Below are positions 36,601 through 48,800 of a DNA stretch of 64,000 bases, in pieces. This DNA is from the human T2T-CHM13v2.0 reference genome, Homo sapiens, in the NCBI RefSeq assembly GCF_009914755.1, contig NC_060934.1; one strand, written 5' to 3'. The position numbers and the translations under genes are program-made. The first letter of the stretch is position 1. Each line of letters starts with the position of its first letter. Under the pieces are notes generated by a model. The model ran no database searches, was not told the DNA's origin, and worked only from the letters and a program-made list of their open reading frames with translations.

Positions 36601-39600
36601 CGTAGAAACTAGTTTGTGATGTGTGCCTTCAAATCACAGAGTTTAACCTTTCTTTTCATAGAGCAGTTTGGAAACACTCTATTTGTAAAGTCTGCAAGTG
36701 GATATTTGGACCTCTTTGAGGCCTTCGTTGGAAACGGGATTTCTTCATACAACACTAGACAGAAGAATTCTCAGTAACTTCTTTGTGTTGTGTGTATTCA
36801 ACTCACAGAGTTGAACCTTTCTTTAGAGAGAGCAGAGTTGAAACACTCTGTTTTTGGAATTTGCAACTGCAGATTTCAAGCGATTCTAGGCCTATGGCAG
36901 AAAAGGAAATATCTTCGTATAAAAACTACACAGAATCATTCTCAACAACTACTTTGTGATGTGTGCGTTCAACTCACAGAGTTTAACCTTTCTTTTCATA
37001 GAGCAGTTTGGAAACACTCTGTTTGTAAAGCCTGCAAGTGCTTTTTTGGACTTCATTGAGGCCTTCGTTGGAAACGGGATTTCTTCATATAATGCTAGAC
37101 AGAAGAATTCTCAGTCACTTCTTTGTGTTGTGTGTATTCAAGCCACAGAGTTGAACCTTCCTTTAGACAGAGCAGTTTTGAAAAATTCTTTCTGTGTAAT
37201 TTGCAAGTGGAGATTTCAAGCGATTTGAGGCTAATCTTTGAAATGGAAATATCTTCGTGTAAAAACTACACAGAATCATTCTCAGAAACTGCTTTGTCAT
37301 CTGTGCGTTCAGTTCACAGAGTTTCACCTTTCTCTTCATAGAGCAGTTTGGAAAGACTCTGTCTGTAAAGTCTGCAAGTGATTAGTTAGACCCCTTTGAG
37401 GCCTTCGTTGGAAGCGGGATTTCTCATTTACTGCTAGACAGAAGAATTCTCAGTAAATCCTTTGTGTTGTGTGTATTCAACTCACAGAGTGGAACCTTCC
37501 TTTATTCAGAGCAGTTTTGAAACACTCTTTTTGTGGAATTTGCAAGTGGAGATTTCAAGCGATTTGACGCCAATCTTAGACATGGAAATATCTTCATATT
37601 AAAAGTACACAGAGTCATTCGTAGAAACTAGTTTGTGATGTGTGCCTTCAACTCACAGAGTTTAACCTTTCTTTTCATAGAGCAGTTGGGAAACACTCTA
37701 TTTGTAAAGTCTGCAAGTGGATATTTGGACCTCTTTGAGGCCTTCGTTGGAAACGGGATTTCTTCATATAACGCTAGACAGAAGAATTCTCAGTAACTTC
37801 TTTGTGTTGTGTGTATTCAACTCACAGAGTTGAACCTTTCTTTAGAGGGAGCAGAGGTGAAACACTCTTTTTGTGGAATTTGCTAGTGTAGATTTCAAAC
37901 GCTTCGAAGACAGTGATAGAAAAGGATATATCTTCGTATTAAAAGTAGACAAAATCATTCTCAGAAAACTCTTTGTGATGTGTGTGTTCAACTCACAGAG
38001 TTTAACCTTTCTTTAATCGAGCAGTTTGGAAATACACTCTTTGTAAGTCTGCAGGTGGATATTTGGCCCTCTTTGAGCCCTTCGTTGGAAACGGGATTTC
38101 CTCATATAATGCTAGACAGAAGAATTCTCAGTAACTTCTTTGTGTTGTTTGTATTCAACACACAGATTTGAACCTTCCTTTAGAGAGAGCAGATTTGAAA
38201 CACTCTGTTTTTGGAATTTGCAAGTGCAGATTTCAAGCGCTTCTAGGCCTATGGCAGAAAAGGAAATATCTTCGTATAAAAACTACACAGAATCATTCTC
38301 AACAACTACTTTGTGATGTGTGCGTTCAACTCACAGAGTTTAACCTTTCTTTTCATAGAGCAGTTTGGAAACACTCTGTTTGTAAAGCCTGCAAGTGCTT
38401 TTTTGGACTTCATTGAGGCCTTCGTTGGAAACGGGATTTCTTCATATAATGCTAGACAGAAGAATTCTCAGTCACTTCTTTGTGTTGTGTGTATTCAAGT
38501 CACAGAGTTGAGCCTTCCTTTAGACAGAGCAGTTTTGAAAAATTCTTTCTGTGGAGTTTGCAAGTGGAGATTTCAAGCGATTTGAGGCTAATCTTTGAAA
38601 TGGAAATATCTTCGTGTAAAAACTACACAGAATCATTCTCAGAAACTGCTTTGTCATCTGTGCGTTCAGTTCACAGAGTTTCACCTTTCTCTTCATAGAG
38701 CAGTTTGGAAAGACTCTGTCTGTAAAGTCTGCAAGTGATTAGTTAGACCCCTTTGAGGCCTTCGTTGGAAGCGGGATTTCTCATTTACTGCTAGACAGAA
38801 GAATTCTCAGTAAATCCTTTGTGTTGTGTGTATTCAACTCACAGAGTGGAACCTTCCTTTATTCAGAGCAGTTTTGAAACACTCTTTTTGTGGAATTTGC
38901 AAGTGGAGATTTCAAGCGATTTGACGCCAATCTTAGACATGGAAATATCTTCATATTAAAAGTACACAGAGTCATTCGTAGAAACTAGTTTGTGATGTGT
39001 GCCTTCAACTCACAGAGTTTAACCTTTCTTTTCATAGAGCAGTTGGGAAACACTCTATTTGTAAAGTCTGCAAGTGGATATTTGGACCTCTTTGAGGCCT
39101 TCGTTGGAAACGGGATTTCTTCATATAACGCTAGACAGAAGAATTCTCAGTAACTTCTTTGTGTTGTGTGTATTCAACTCACAGAGTTGAACCTTTCTTT
39201 AGAGGGAGCAGAGGTGAAACACTCTTTTTGTGGAATTTGCTAGTGTAGATTTCAAACGCTTCGAAGACAGTGATAGAAAAGGATATATCTTCGTATTAAA
39301 AGTAGACAAAATCATTCTCAGAAAACTCTTTGTGATGTGTGTGTTCAACTCACAGAGTTTAACCTTTCTTTAATCGAGCAGTTTGGAAATACACTCTTTG
39401 TAAGTCTGCAGGTGGATATTTGGCCCTCTTTGAGCCCTTCGTTGGAAACGGGATTTCCTCATATAATGCTAGACAGAAGAATTCTCAGTAACTTCTTTGT
39501 GTTGTTTGTATTCAACACACAGATTTGAACCTTCCTTTAGAGAGAGCAGATTTGAAACACTCTGTTTTTGGAATTTGCAAGTGCAGATTTCAAGCGCTTC

Positions 39601-39818
39601 TAGGCCTATGGCAGAAAAGGAAATATCTTCGTATAAAAACTACACAGAATCATTCTCAACAACTACTTTGTGATGTGTGCGTTCAACTCACAGAGTTTAA
39701 CCTTTCTTTTCATAGAGCAGTTTGGAAACACTCTGTTTGTAAAGCCTGCAAGTGCTTTTTTGGACTTCATTGAGGCCTTCGTTGGAAACGGGATTTCTTC
39801 ATATAATGCTAGACAGAA
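27601..39818 (+). repeat. Tandem duplication of a 6109-bp, 36-monomer block (6-8-6-8-8)
   Basis: Rare SNVs repeat at exactly +6109: 27903/34012, 28191/34300, 28842/34951, 30524/36633, 30645/36754, 31034/37143, 32403/38512. Confidence 0.9.
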
Positions 39819-42800
39819 GAATTCTCAGTCACTTCTTTGTGTTGTGTGTATTCAAGTCACAGAGTTGAACCTTCCTTTAGACAGAGCAGTTTTGAAAAAT
39901 TCTTTCTGTGGAGTTTGCAAGTGGAGATTTCAAGCGATTTGAGGCTAATCTTTGAAATGGAAATATCTTCGTGTAAAAACTACACAGAATCATTCTCAGA
40001 AACTGCTTTGTCATCTGTGCGTTCAGTTCACAGAGTTTCACCTTTCTCTTCATAGAGCAGTTTGGAAAGACTCTGTCTGTAAAGTCTGCAAGTGATTAGT
40101 TAGACCCCTTTGAGGCCTTCATTGGAAGCGGGATTTCTCATTTACTGCTAGACAGAAGAATTCTCAGTAAATCCTTTGTGTTGTGTGTATTCAACTCACA
40201 GAGTGGAACCTTCCTTTATTCAGAGCAGTTTTGAAAAACACTTTTTGTGGAATTTGCAAGTGGAGATTTCAAGCGATTTGACGCCAATCTTAGACATGGA
40301 AATATCTTCATATTAAAAGTACACAGAGTCATTCGTAGAAACTAGTTTGTGATGTGTGCCTTCAACTCACAGAGTTTAACCTTTCTTTTCATAGAGCAGT
40401 TTGGAAACGCTCTATTTGTAAAGTCTGCAAGTGGATATTTGGACCTCTTTGAGGCCTTCGTTGGAAACGGGATTTCTTCATACAACGCTAGACAGAAGAA
40501 TTCTCAGTAACTTCTTTGTGTTGTGTGTATTCAACTCACAGAGTTGAACCTTTCTTTAGAGAGAGCAGAGTTGAAACACTCTGTTTTTGGAATTTGCAAC
40601 TGCAGATTTCAAGCGATTCTAGGCCTATGGCAGAAAAGGAAATATCTTCGTATAAAAACTACACAGAATCATTCTCAACAACTACTTTGTGATGTGTGCG
40701 TTCAACTCACAGAGTTTAACCTTTCTTTTCATAGAGCAGTTTGGAAACACTCTGTTTGTAAAGCCTGCAAGTGCTTTTTTGGACTTCATTGAGGCCTTCG
40801 TTGGAAACGGGATTTCTTCATATAATGCTAGACAGAAGAATTCTCAGTCACTTCTTTGTGTTGTGTGTATTCAAGTCACAGAGTTGAACCTTCCTTTAGA
40901 CAGAGCAGTTTTGAAAAATTCTTTCTGTGTAATTTGCAAGTGGAGATTTCAAGCGATTTGAGGCTAATCTTTGAAATGGAAATATCTTCGTGTAAAAACT
41001 ACACAGAATCATTCTCAGAAACTGCTTTGTCATCTGTGCGTTCAGTTCACAGAGTTTCACCTTTCTCTTCATAGAGCAGTTTGGAAAGACTCTGTCTGTA
41101 AAGTCTGCAAGTGATTAGTTAGACCCCTTTGAGGCCTTCGTTGGAAGCGGGATTTCTCATTTACTGCTAGACAGAAGAATTCTCAGTAAATCCTTTGTGT
41201 TGTGTGTATTCAACTCACAGAGTGGAACCTTCCTTTATTCAGAGCAGTTTTGAAACACTCTTTTTGTGGAATTTGCAAGTGGAGATTTCAAGCGATTTGA
41301 CGCCAATCTTAGACATGGAAATATCTTCATATTAAAAGTACACAGAGTCATTCGTAGAAACTAGTTTGTGATGTGTGCCTTCAACTCACAGAGTTTAACC
41401 TTTCTTTTCATAGAGCAGTTGGGAAACACTCTATTTGTAAAGTCTGCAAGTGGATATTTGGACCTCTTTGAGGCCTTCGTTGGAAACGGGATTTCTTCAT
41501 ATAACGCTAGACAGAAGAATTCTCAGTAACTTCTTTGTGTTGTGTGTATTCAACTCACAGAGTTGAACCTTTCTTTAGAGGGAGCAGAGGTGAAACACTC
41601 TTTTTGTGGAATTTGCTAGTGTAGATTTCAAACGCTTCGAAGACAGTGATAGAAAAGGATATATCTTCGTATTAAAAGTAGACAAAATCATTCTCAGAAA
41701 ACTCTTTGTGATGTGTGTGTTCAACTCACAGAGTTTAACCTTTCTTTAATCGAGCAGTTTGGAAATACACTCTTTGTAAGTCTGCAGGTGGATATTTGGC
41801 CCTCTTTGAGCCCTTCGTTGGAAACGGGATTTCCTCATATAATGCTAGACAGAAGAATTCTCAGTAACTTCTTTGTGTTGTTTGTATTCAACACACAGAT
41901 TTGAACCTTCCTTTAGAGAGAGCAGATTTGAAACACTCTGTTTTTGGAATTTGCAAGTGCAGATTTCAAGCGCTTCTAGGCCTATGGCAGAAAAGGAAAT
42001 ATCTTCGTATAAAAACTACACAGAATCATTCTCAACAACTACTTTGTGATGTGTGCGTTCAACTCACAGAGTTTAACCTTTCTTTTCATAGAGCAGTTTG
42101 GAAACACTCTGTTTGTAAAGCCTGCAAGTGCTTTTTTGGACTTCATTGAGGCCTTCGTTGGAAACGGGATTTCTTCATATAATGCTAGACAGAAGAATTC
42201 TCAGTCACTTCTTTGTGTTGTGTGTATTCAAGTCACAGAGTTGAACCTTCCTTTAGACAGAGCAGTTTTGAAAAATTCTTTCTGTGGAGTTTGCAAGTGG
42301 AGATTTCAAGCGATTTGAGGCTAATCTTTGAAATGGAAATATCTTCGTGTAAAAACTACACAGAATCATTCTCAGAAACTGCTTTGTCATCTGTGCGTTC
42401 AGTTCACAGAGTTTCACCTTTCTCTTCATAGAGCAGTTTGGAAAGACTCTGTCTGTAAAGTCTGCAAGTGATTAGTTAGACCCCTTTGAGGCCTTCATTG
42501 GAAGCGGGATTTCTCATTTACTGCTAGACAGAAGAATTCTCAGTAAATCCTTTGTGTTGTGTGTATTCAACTCACAGAGTGGAACCTTCCTTTATTCAGA
42601 GCAGTTTTGAAAAACACTTTTTGTGGAATTTGCAAGTGGAGATTTCAAGCGATTTGACGCCAATCTTAGACATGGAAATATCTTCATATTAAAAGTACAC
42701 AGAGTCATTCGTAGAAACTAGTTTGTGATGTGTGCCTTCAACTCACAGAGTTTAACCTTTCTTTTCATAGAGCAGTTTGGAAACGCTCTATTTGTAAAGT

Positions 42801-45800
42801 CTGCAAGTGGATATTTGGACCTCTTTGAGGCCTTCGTTGGAAACGGGATTTCTTCATACAACGCTAGACAGAAGAATTCTCAGTAACTTCTTTGTGTTGT
42901 GTGTATTCAACTCACAGAGTTGAACCTTTCTTTAGAGAGAGCAGAGTTGAAACACTCTGTTTTTGGAATTTGCAACTGCAGATTTCAAGCGATTCTAGGC
43001 CTATGGCAGAAAAGGAAATATCTTCGTATAAAAACTACACAGAATCATTCTCAACAACTACTTTGTGATGTGTGCGTTCAACTCACAGAGTTTAACCTTT
43101 CTTTTCATAGAGCAGTTTGGAAACACTCTGTTTGTAAAGCCTGCAAGTGCTTTTTTGGACTTCATTGAGGCCTTCGTTGGAAACGGGATTTCTTCATATA
43201 ATGCTAGACAGAAGAATTCTCAGTCACTTCTTTGTGTTGTGTGTATTCAAGTCACAGAGTTGAACCTTCCTTTAGACAGAGCAGTTTTGAAAAATTCTTT
43301 CTGTGTAATTTGCAAGTGGAGATTTCAAGCGATTTGAGGCTAATCTTTGAAATGGAAATATCTTCGTGTAAAAACTACACAGAATCATTCTCAGAAACTG
43401 CTTTGTCATCTGTGCGTTCAGTTCACAGAGTTTCACCTTTCTCTTCATAGAGCAGTTTGGAAAGACTCTGTCTGTAAAGTCTGCAAGTGATTAGTTAGAC
43501 CCCTTTGAGGCCTTCGTTGGAAGCGGGATTTCTCATTTACTGCTAGACAGAAGAATTCTCAGTAAATCCTTTGTGTTGTGTGTATTCAACTCACAGAGTG
43601 GAACCTTCCTTTATTCAGAGCAGTTTTGAAACACTCTTTTTGTGGAATTTGCAAGTGGAGATTTCAAGCGATTTGACGCCAATCTTAGACATGGAAATAT
43701 CTTCATATTAAAAGTACACAGAGTCATTCGTAGAAACTAGTTTGTGATGTGTGCCTTCAACTCACAGAGTTTAACCTTTCTTTTCATAGAGCAGTTGGGA
43801 AACACTCTATTTGTAAAGTCTGCAAGTGGATATTTGGACCTCTTTGAGGCCTTCGTTGGAAACGGGATTTCTTCATATAACGCTAGACAGAAGAATTCTC
43901 AGTAACTTCTTTGTGTTGTGTGTATTCAACTCACAGAGTTGAACCTTTCTTTAGAGGGAGCAGAGGTGAAACACTCTTTTTGTGGAATTTGCTAGTGTAG
44001 ATTTCAAACGCTTCGAAGACAGTGATAGAAAAGGATATATCTTCGTATTAAAAGTAGACAAAATCATTCTCAGAAAACTCTTTGTGATGTGTGTGTTCAA
44101 CTCACAGAGTTTAACCTTTCTTTAATCGAGCAGTTTGGAAATACACTCTTTGTAAGTCTGCAGGTGGATATTTGGCCCTCTTTGAGCCCTTCGTTGGAAA
44201 CGGGATTTCCTCATATAATGCTAGACAGAAGAATTCTCAGTAACTTCTTTGTGTTGTTTGTATTCAACACACAGATTTGAACCTTCCTTTAGAGAGAGCA
44301 GATTTGAAACACTCTGTTTTTGGAATTTGCAAGTGCAGATTTCAAGCGCTTCTAGGCCTATGGCAGAAAAGGAAATATCTTCGTATAAAAACTACACAGA
44401 ATCATTCTCAACAACTACTTTGTGATGTGTGCGTTCAACTCACAGAGTTTAACCTTTCTTTTCATAGAGCAGTTTGGAAACACTCTGTTTGTAAAGCCTG
44501 CAAGTGCTTTTTTGGACTTCATTGAGGCCTTCGTTGGAAACGGGATTTCTTCATATAATGCTAGACAGAAGAATTCTCAGTCACTTCTTTGTGTTGTGTG
44601 TATTCAAGTCACAGAGTTGAACCTTCCTTTAGACAGAGCAGTTTTGAAAAATTCTTTCTGTGGAGTTTGCAAGTGGAGATTTCAAGCGATTTGAGGCTAA
44701 TCTTTGAAATGGAAATATCTTCGTGTAAAAACTACACAGAATCATTCTCAGAAACTGCTTTGTCATCTGTGCGTTCAGTTCACAGAGTTTCACCTTTCTC
44801 TTCATAGAGCAGTTTGGAAAGACTCTGTCTGTAAAGTCTGCAAGTGATTAGTTAGACCCCTTTGAGGCCTTCGTTGGAAGCGGGATTTCTCATTTACTGC
44901 TAGACAGAAGAATTCTCAGTAAATCCTTTGTGTTGTGTGTATTCAACTCACAGAGTGGAACCTTCCTTTATTCAGAGCAGTTTTGAAACACTCTTTTTGT
45001 GGAATTTGCAAGTGGAGATTTCAAGCGATTTGACGCCAATCTTAGACATGGAAATATCTTCATATTAAAAGTACACAGAGTCATTCGTAGAAACTAGTTT
45101 GTGATGTGTGCCTTCAAATCACAGAGTTTAACCTTTCTTTTCATAGAGCAGTTTGGAAACACTCTATTTGTAAAGTCTGCAAGTGGATATTTGGACCTCT
45201 TTGAGGCCTTCGTTGGAAACGGGATTTCTTCATACAACACTAGACAGAAGAATTCTCAGTAACTTCTTTGTGTTGTGTGTATTCAACTCACAGAGTTGAA
45301 CCTTTCTTTAGAGAGAGCAGAGTTGAAACACTCTGTTTTTGGAATTTGCAACTGCAGATTTCAAGCGATTCTAGGCCTATGGCAGAAAAGGAAATATCTT
45401 CGTATAAAAACTACACAGAATCATTCTCAACAACTACTTTGTGATGTGTGCGTTCAACTCACAGAGTTTAACCTTTCTTTTCATAGAGCAGTTTGGAAAC
45501 ACTCTGTTTGTAAAGCCTGCAAGTGCTTTTTTGGACTTCATTGAGGCCTTCGTTGGAAACGGGATTTCTTCATATAATGCTAGACAGAAGAATTCTCAGT
45601 CACTTCTTTGTGTTGTGTGTATTCAAGCCACAGAGTTGAACCTTCCTTTAGACAGAGCAGTTTTGAAAAATTCTTTCTGTGTAATTTGCAAGTGGAGATT
45701 TCAAGCGATTTGAGGCTAATCTTTGAAATGGAAATATCTTCGTGTAAAAACTACACAGAATCATTCTCAGAAACTGCTTTGTCATCTGTGCGTTCAGTTC

Positions 45801-48800
45801 ACAGAGTTTCACCTTTCTCTTCATAGAGCAGTTTGGAAAGACTCTGTCTGTAAAGTCTGCAAGTGATTAGTTAGACCCCTTTGAGGCCTTCGTTGGAAGC
45901 GGGATTTCTCATTTACTGCTAGACAGAAGAATTCTCAGTAAATCCTTTGTGTTGTGTGTATTCAACTCACAGAGTGGAACCTTCCTTTATTCAGAGCAGT
46001 TTTGAAACACTCTTTTTGTGGAATTTGCAAGTGGAGATTTCAAGCGATTTGACGCCAATCTTAGACATGGAAATATCTTCATATTAAAAGTACACAGAGT
46101 CATTCGTAGAAACTAGTTTGTGATGTGTGCCTTCAACTCACAGAGTTTAACCTTTCTTTTCATAGAGCAGTTGGGAAACACTCTATTTGTAAAGTCTGCA
46201 AGTGGATATTTGGACCTCTTTGAGGCCTTCGTTGGAAACGGGATTTCTTCATATAACGCTAGACAGAAGAATTCTCAGTAACTTCTTTGTGTTGTGTGTA
46301 TTCAACTCACAGAGTTGAACCTTTCTTTAGAGGGAGCAGAGGTGAAACACTCTTTTTGTGGAATTTGCTAGTGTAGATTTCAAACGCTTCGAAGACAGTG
46401 ATAGAAAAGGATATATCTTCGTATTAAAAGTAGACAAAATCATTCTCAGAAAACTCTTTGTGATGTGTGTGTTCAACTCACAGAGTTTAACCTTTCTTTA
46501 ATCGAGCAGTTTGGAAATACACTCTTTGTAAGTCTGCAGGTGGATATTTGGCCCTCTTTGAGCCCTTCGTTGGAAACGGGATTTCCTCATATAATGCTAG
46601 ACAGAAGAATTCTCAGTAACTTCTTTGTGTTGTTTGTATTCAACACACAGATTTGAACCTTCCTTTAGAGAGAGCAGATTTGAAACACTCTGTTTTTGGA
46701 ATTTGCAAGTGCAGATTTCAAGCGCTTCTAGGCCTATGGCAGAAAAGGAAATATCTTCGTATAAAAACTACACAGAATCATTCTCAACAACTACTTTGTG
46801 ATGTGTGCGTTCAACTCACAGAGTTTAACCTTTCTTTTCATAGAGCAGTTTGGAAACACTCTGTTTGTAAAGCCTGCAAGTGCTTTTTTGGACTTCATTG
46901 AGGCCTTCGTTGGAAACGGGATTTCTTCATATAATGCTAGACAGAAGAATTCTCAGTCACTTCTTTGTGTTGTGTGTATTCAAGTCACAGAGTTGAGCCT
47001 TCCTTTAGACAGAGCAGTTTTGAAAAATTCTTTCTGTGGAGTTTGCAAGTGGAGATTTCAAGCGATTTGAGGCTAATCTTTGAAATGGAAATATCTTCGT
47101 GTAAAAACTACACAGAATCATTCTCAGAAACTGCTTTGTCATCTGTGCGTTCAGTTCACAGAGTTTCACCTTTCTCTTCATAGAGCAGTTTGGAAAGACT
47201 CTGTCTGTAAAGTCTGCAAGTGATTAGTTAGACCCCTTTGAGGCCTTCGTTGGAAGCGGGATTTCTCATTTACTGCTAGACAGAAGAATTCTCAGTAAAT
47301 CCTTTGTGTTGTGTGTATTCAACTCACAGAGTGAAACCTTCCTTTATTCAGAGCAGTTTTGAAAAACACTTTTTGTGGAATTTGCAAGTGGAGATTTCAA
47401 GCGATTTGACGCCAATCTTAGACATGGAAATATCTTCATATTAAAAGTACACAGAGTCATTCGTAGAAACTAGTTTGTGATGTGTGCCTTCAACTCACAG
47501 AGTTTAACCTTTCTTTTCATAGAGCAGTTTGGAAACACTCTCTTTGTAAAGTCTGCAAGTGGATATTTGGACCTCTTTGAGGCCTTCGTTGGAAACGGGA
47601 TTTCTTCATACAACGCTAGACAGAAGAATTCTCAGTAACTTCTTTGTGTTGTGTGTATTCAACTCACAGAGTTGAACCTTTCTTTAGAGAGAGCAGAGTT
47701 GAAACACTCTGTTTTTGGAATTTGCAACTGCAGATTTCAAGCCATTCTAGGCCTATGGCAGAAAAGGAAATATCTTCGTATAAAAACTACACAGAATCAT
47801 TCTCAACAACTACTTTGTGATGTGTGCGTTCAACTCACAGAGTTTAACCTTTCTTTTCATAGAGCAGTTTGGAAACACTCTGTTTGTAAAGCCTGCAAGT
47901 GCTTTTTTGGACTTCATTGAGGCCTTCGTTGGAAACGGGATTTCTTCATATAATGCTAGACAGAAGAATTCTCAGTCACTTCTTTGTGTTGTGTGTATTC
48001 AAGTCACAGAGTTGAACCTTCCTTTAGACAGAGCAGTTTTGAAAAATTCTTTCTGTGGAGTTTGCAAGTGGAGATTTCAAGCGATTGGAGGCTAATCTTT
48101 GAAATGGAAATATCTTCGTGTAAAAACTACACAGAATCATTCTCAGAAACTGCTTTGTCATCTGTGCGTTCAGTTCACAGAGTTTCACCTTTCTCTTCAT
48201 AGAGCAGTTTGGAAAGACTCTGTCTGTAAAGTCTGCAAGTGATTAGTTAGATCCCTTTGAGGCCTTCGTTGGAAGCGGGATTTCTCATTTACTGCTAGAC
48301 AGAAGAATTCTCAGTAAATCCTTTGTGTTGTGTGTATTCAACTCACAGAGTGGAACCTTCCTTTATTCAGAGCAGTTTTGAAACACTCTTTTTGTGGAAT
48401 TTGCAAGTGGAGATTTCAAGCGATTTGACGCCAATCTTAGACATGGAAATATCTTCATATTAAAAGTACACAGAGTCATTCGTAGAAACTAGTTTGTGAT
48501 GTGTGCCTTCAACTCACAGAGTTTAACCTTTCTTTTCATAGAGCAGTTGGGAAACACTCTATTTGTAAAGTCTGCAAGTGGATATTTGGACCTCTTTGAG
48601 GCCTTCGTTGGAAACGGGATTTCTTCATATAACGCTAGACAGAAGAATTCTCAGTAACTTCTTTGTGTTGTGTGTATTCAACTCACAGAGTTGAACCTTT
48701 CTTTAGAGGGAGCAGAGGTGAAACACTCTTTTTGTGGAATTTGCTAGTGTAGATTTCAAACGCTTCGAAGACAGTGATAGAAAAGGATATATCTTCGTAT

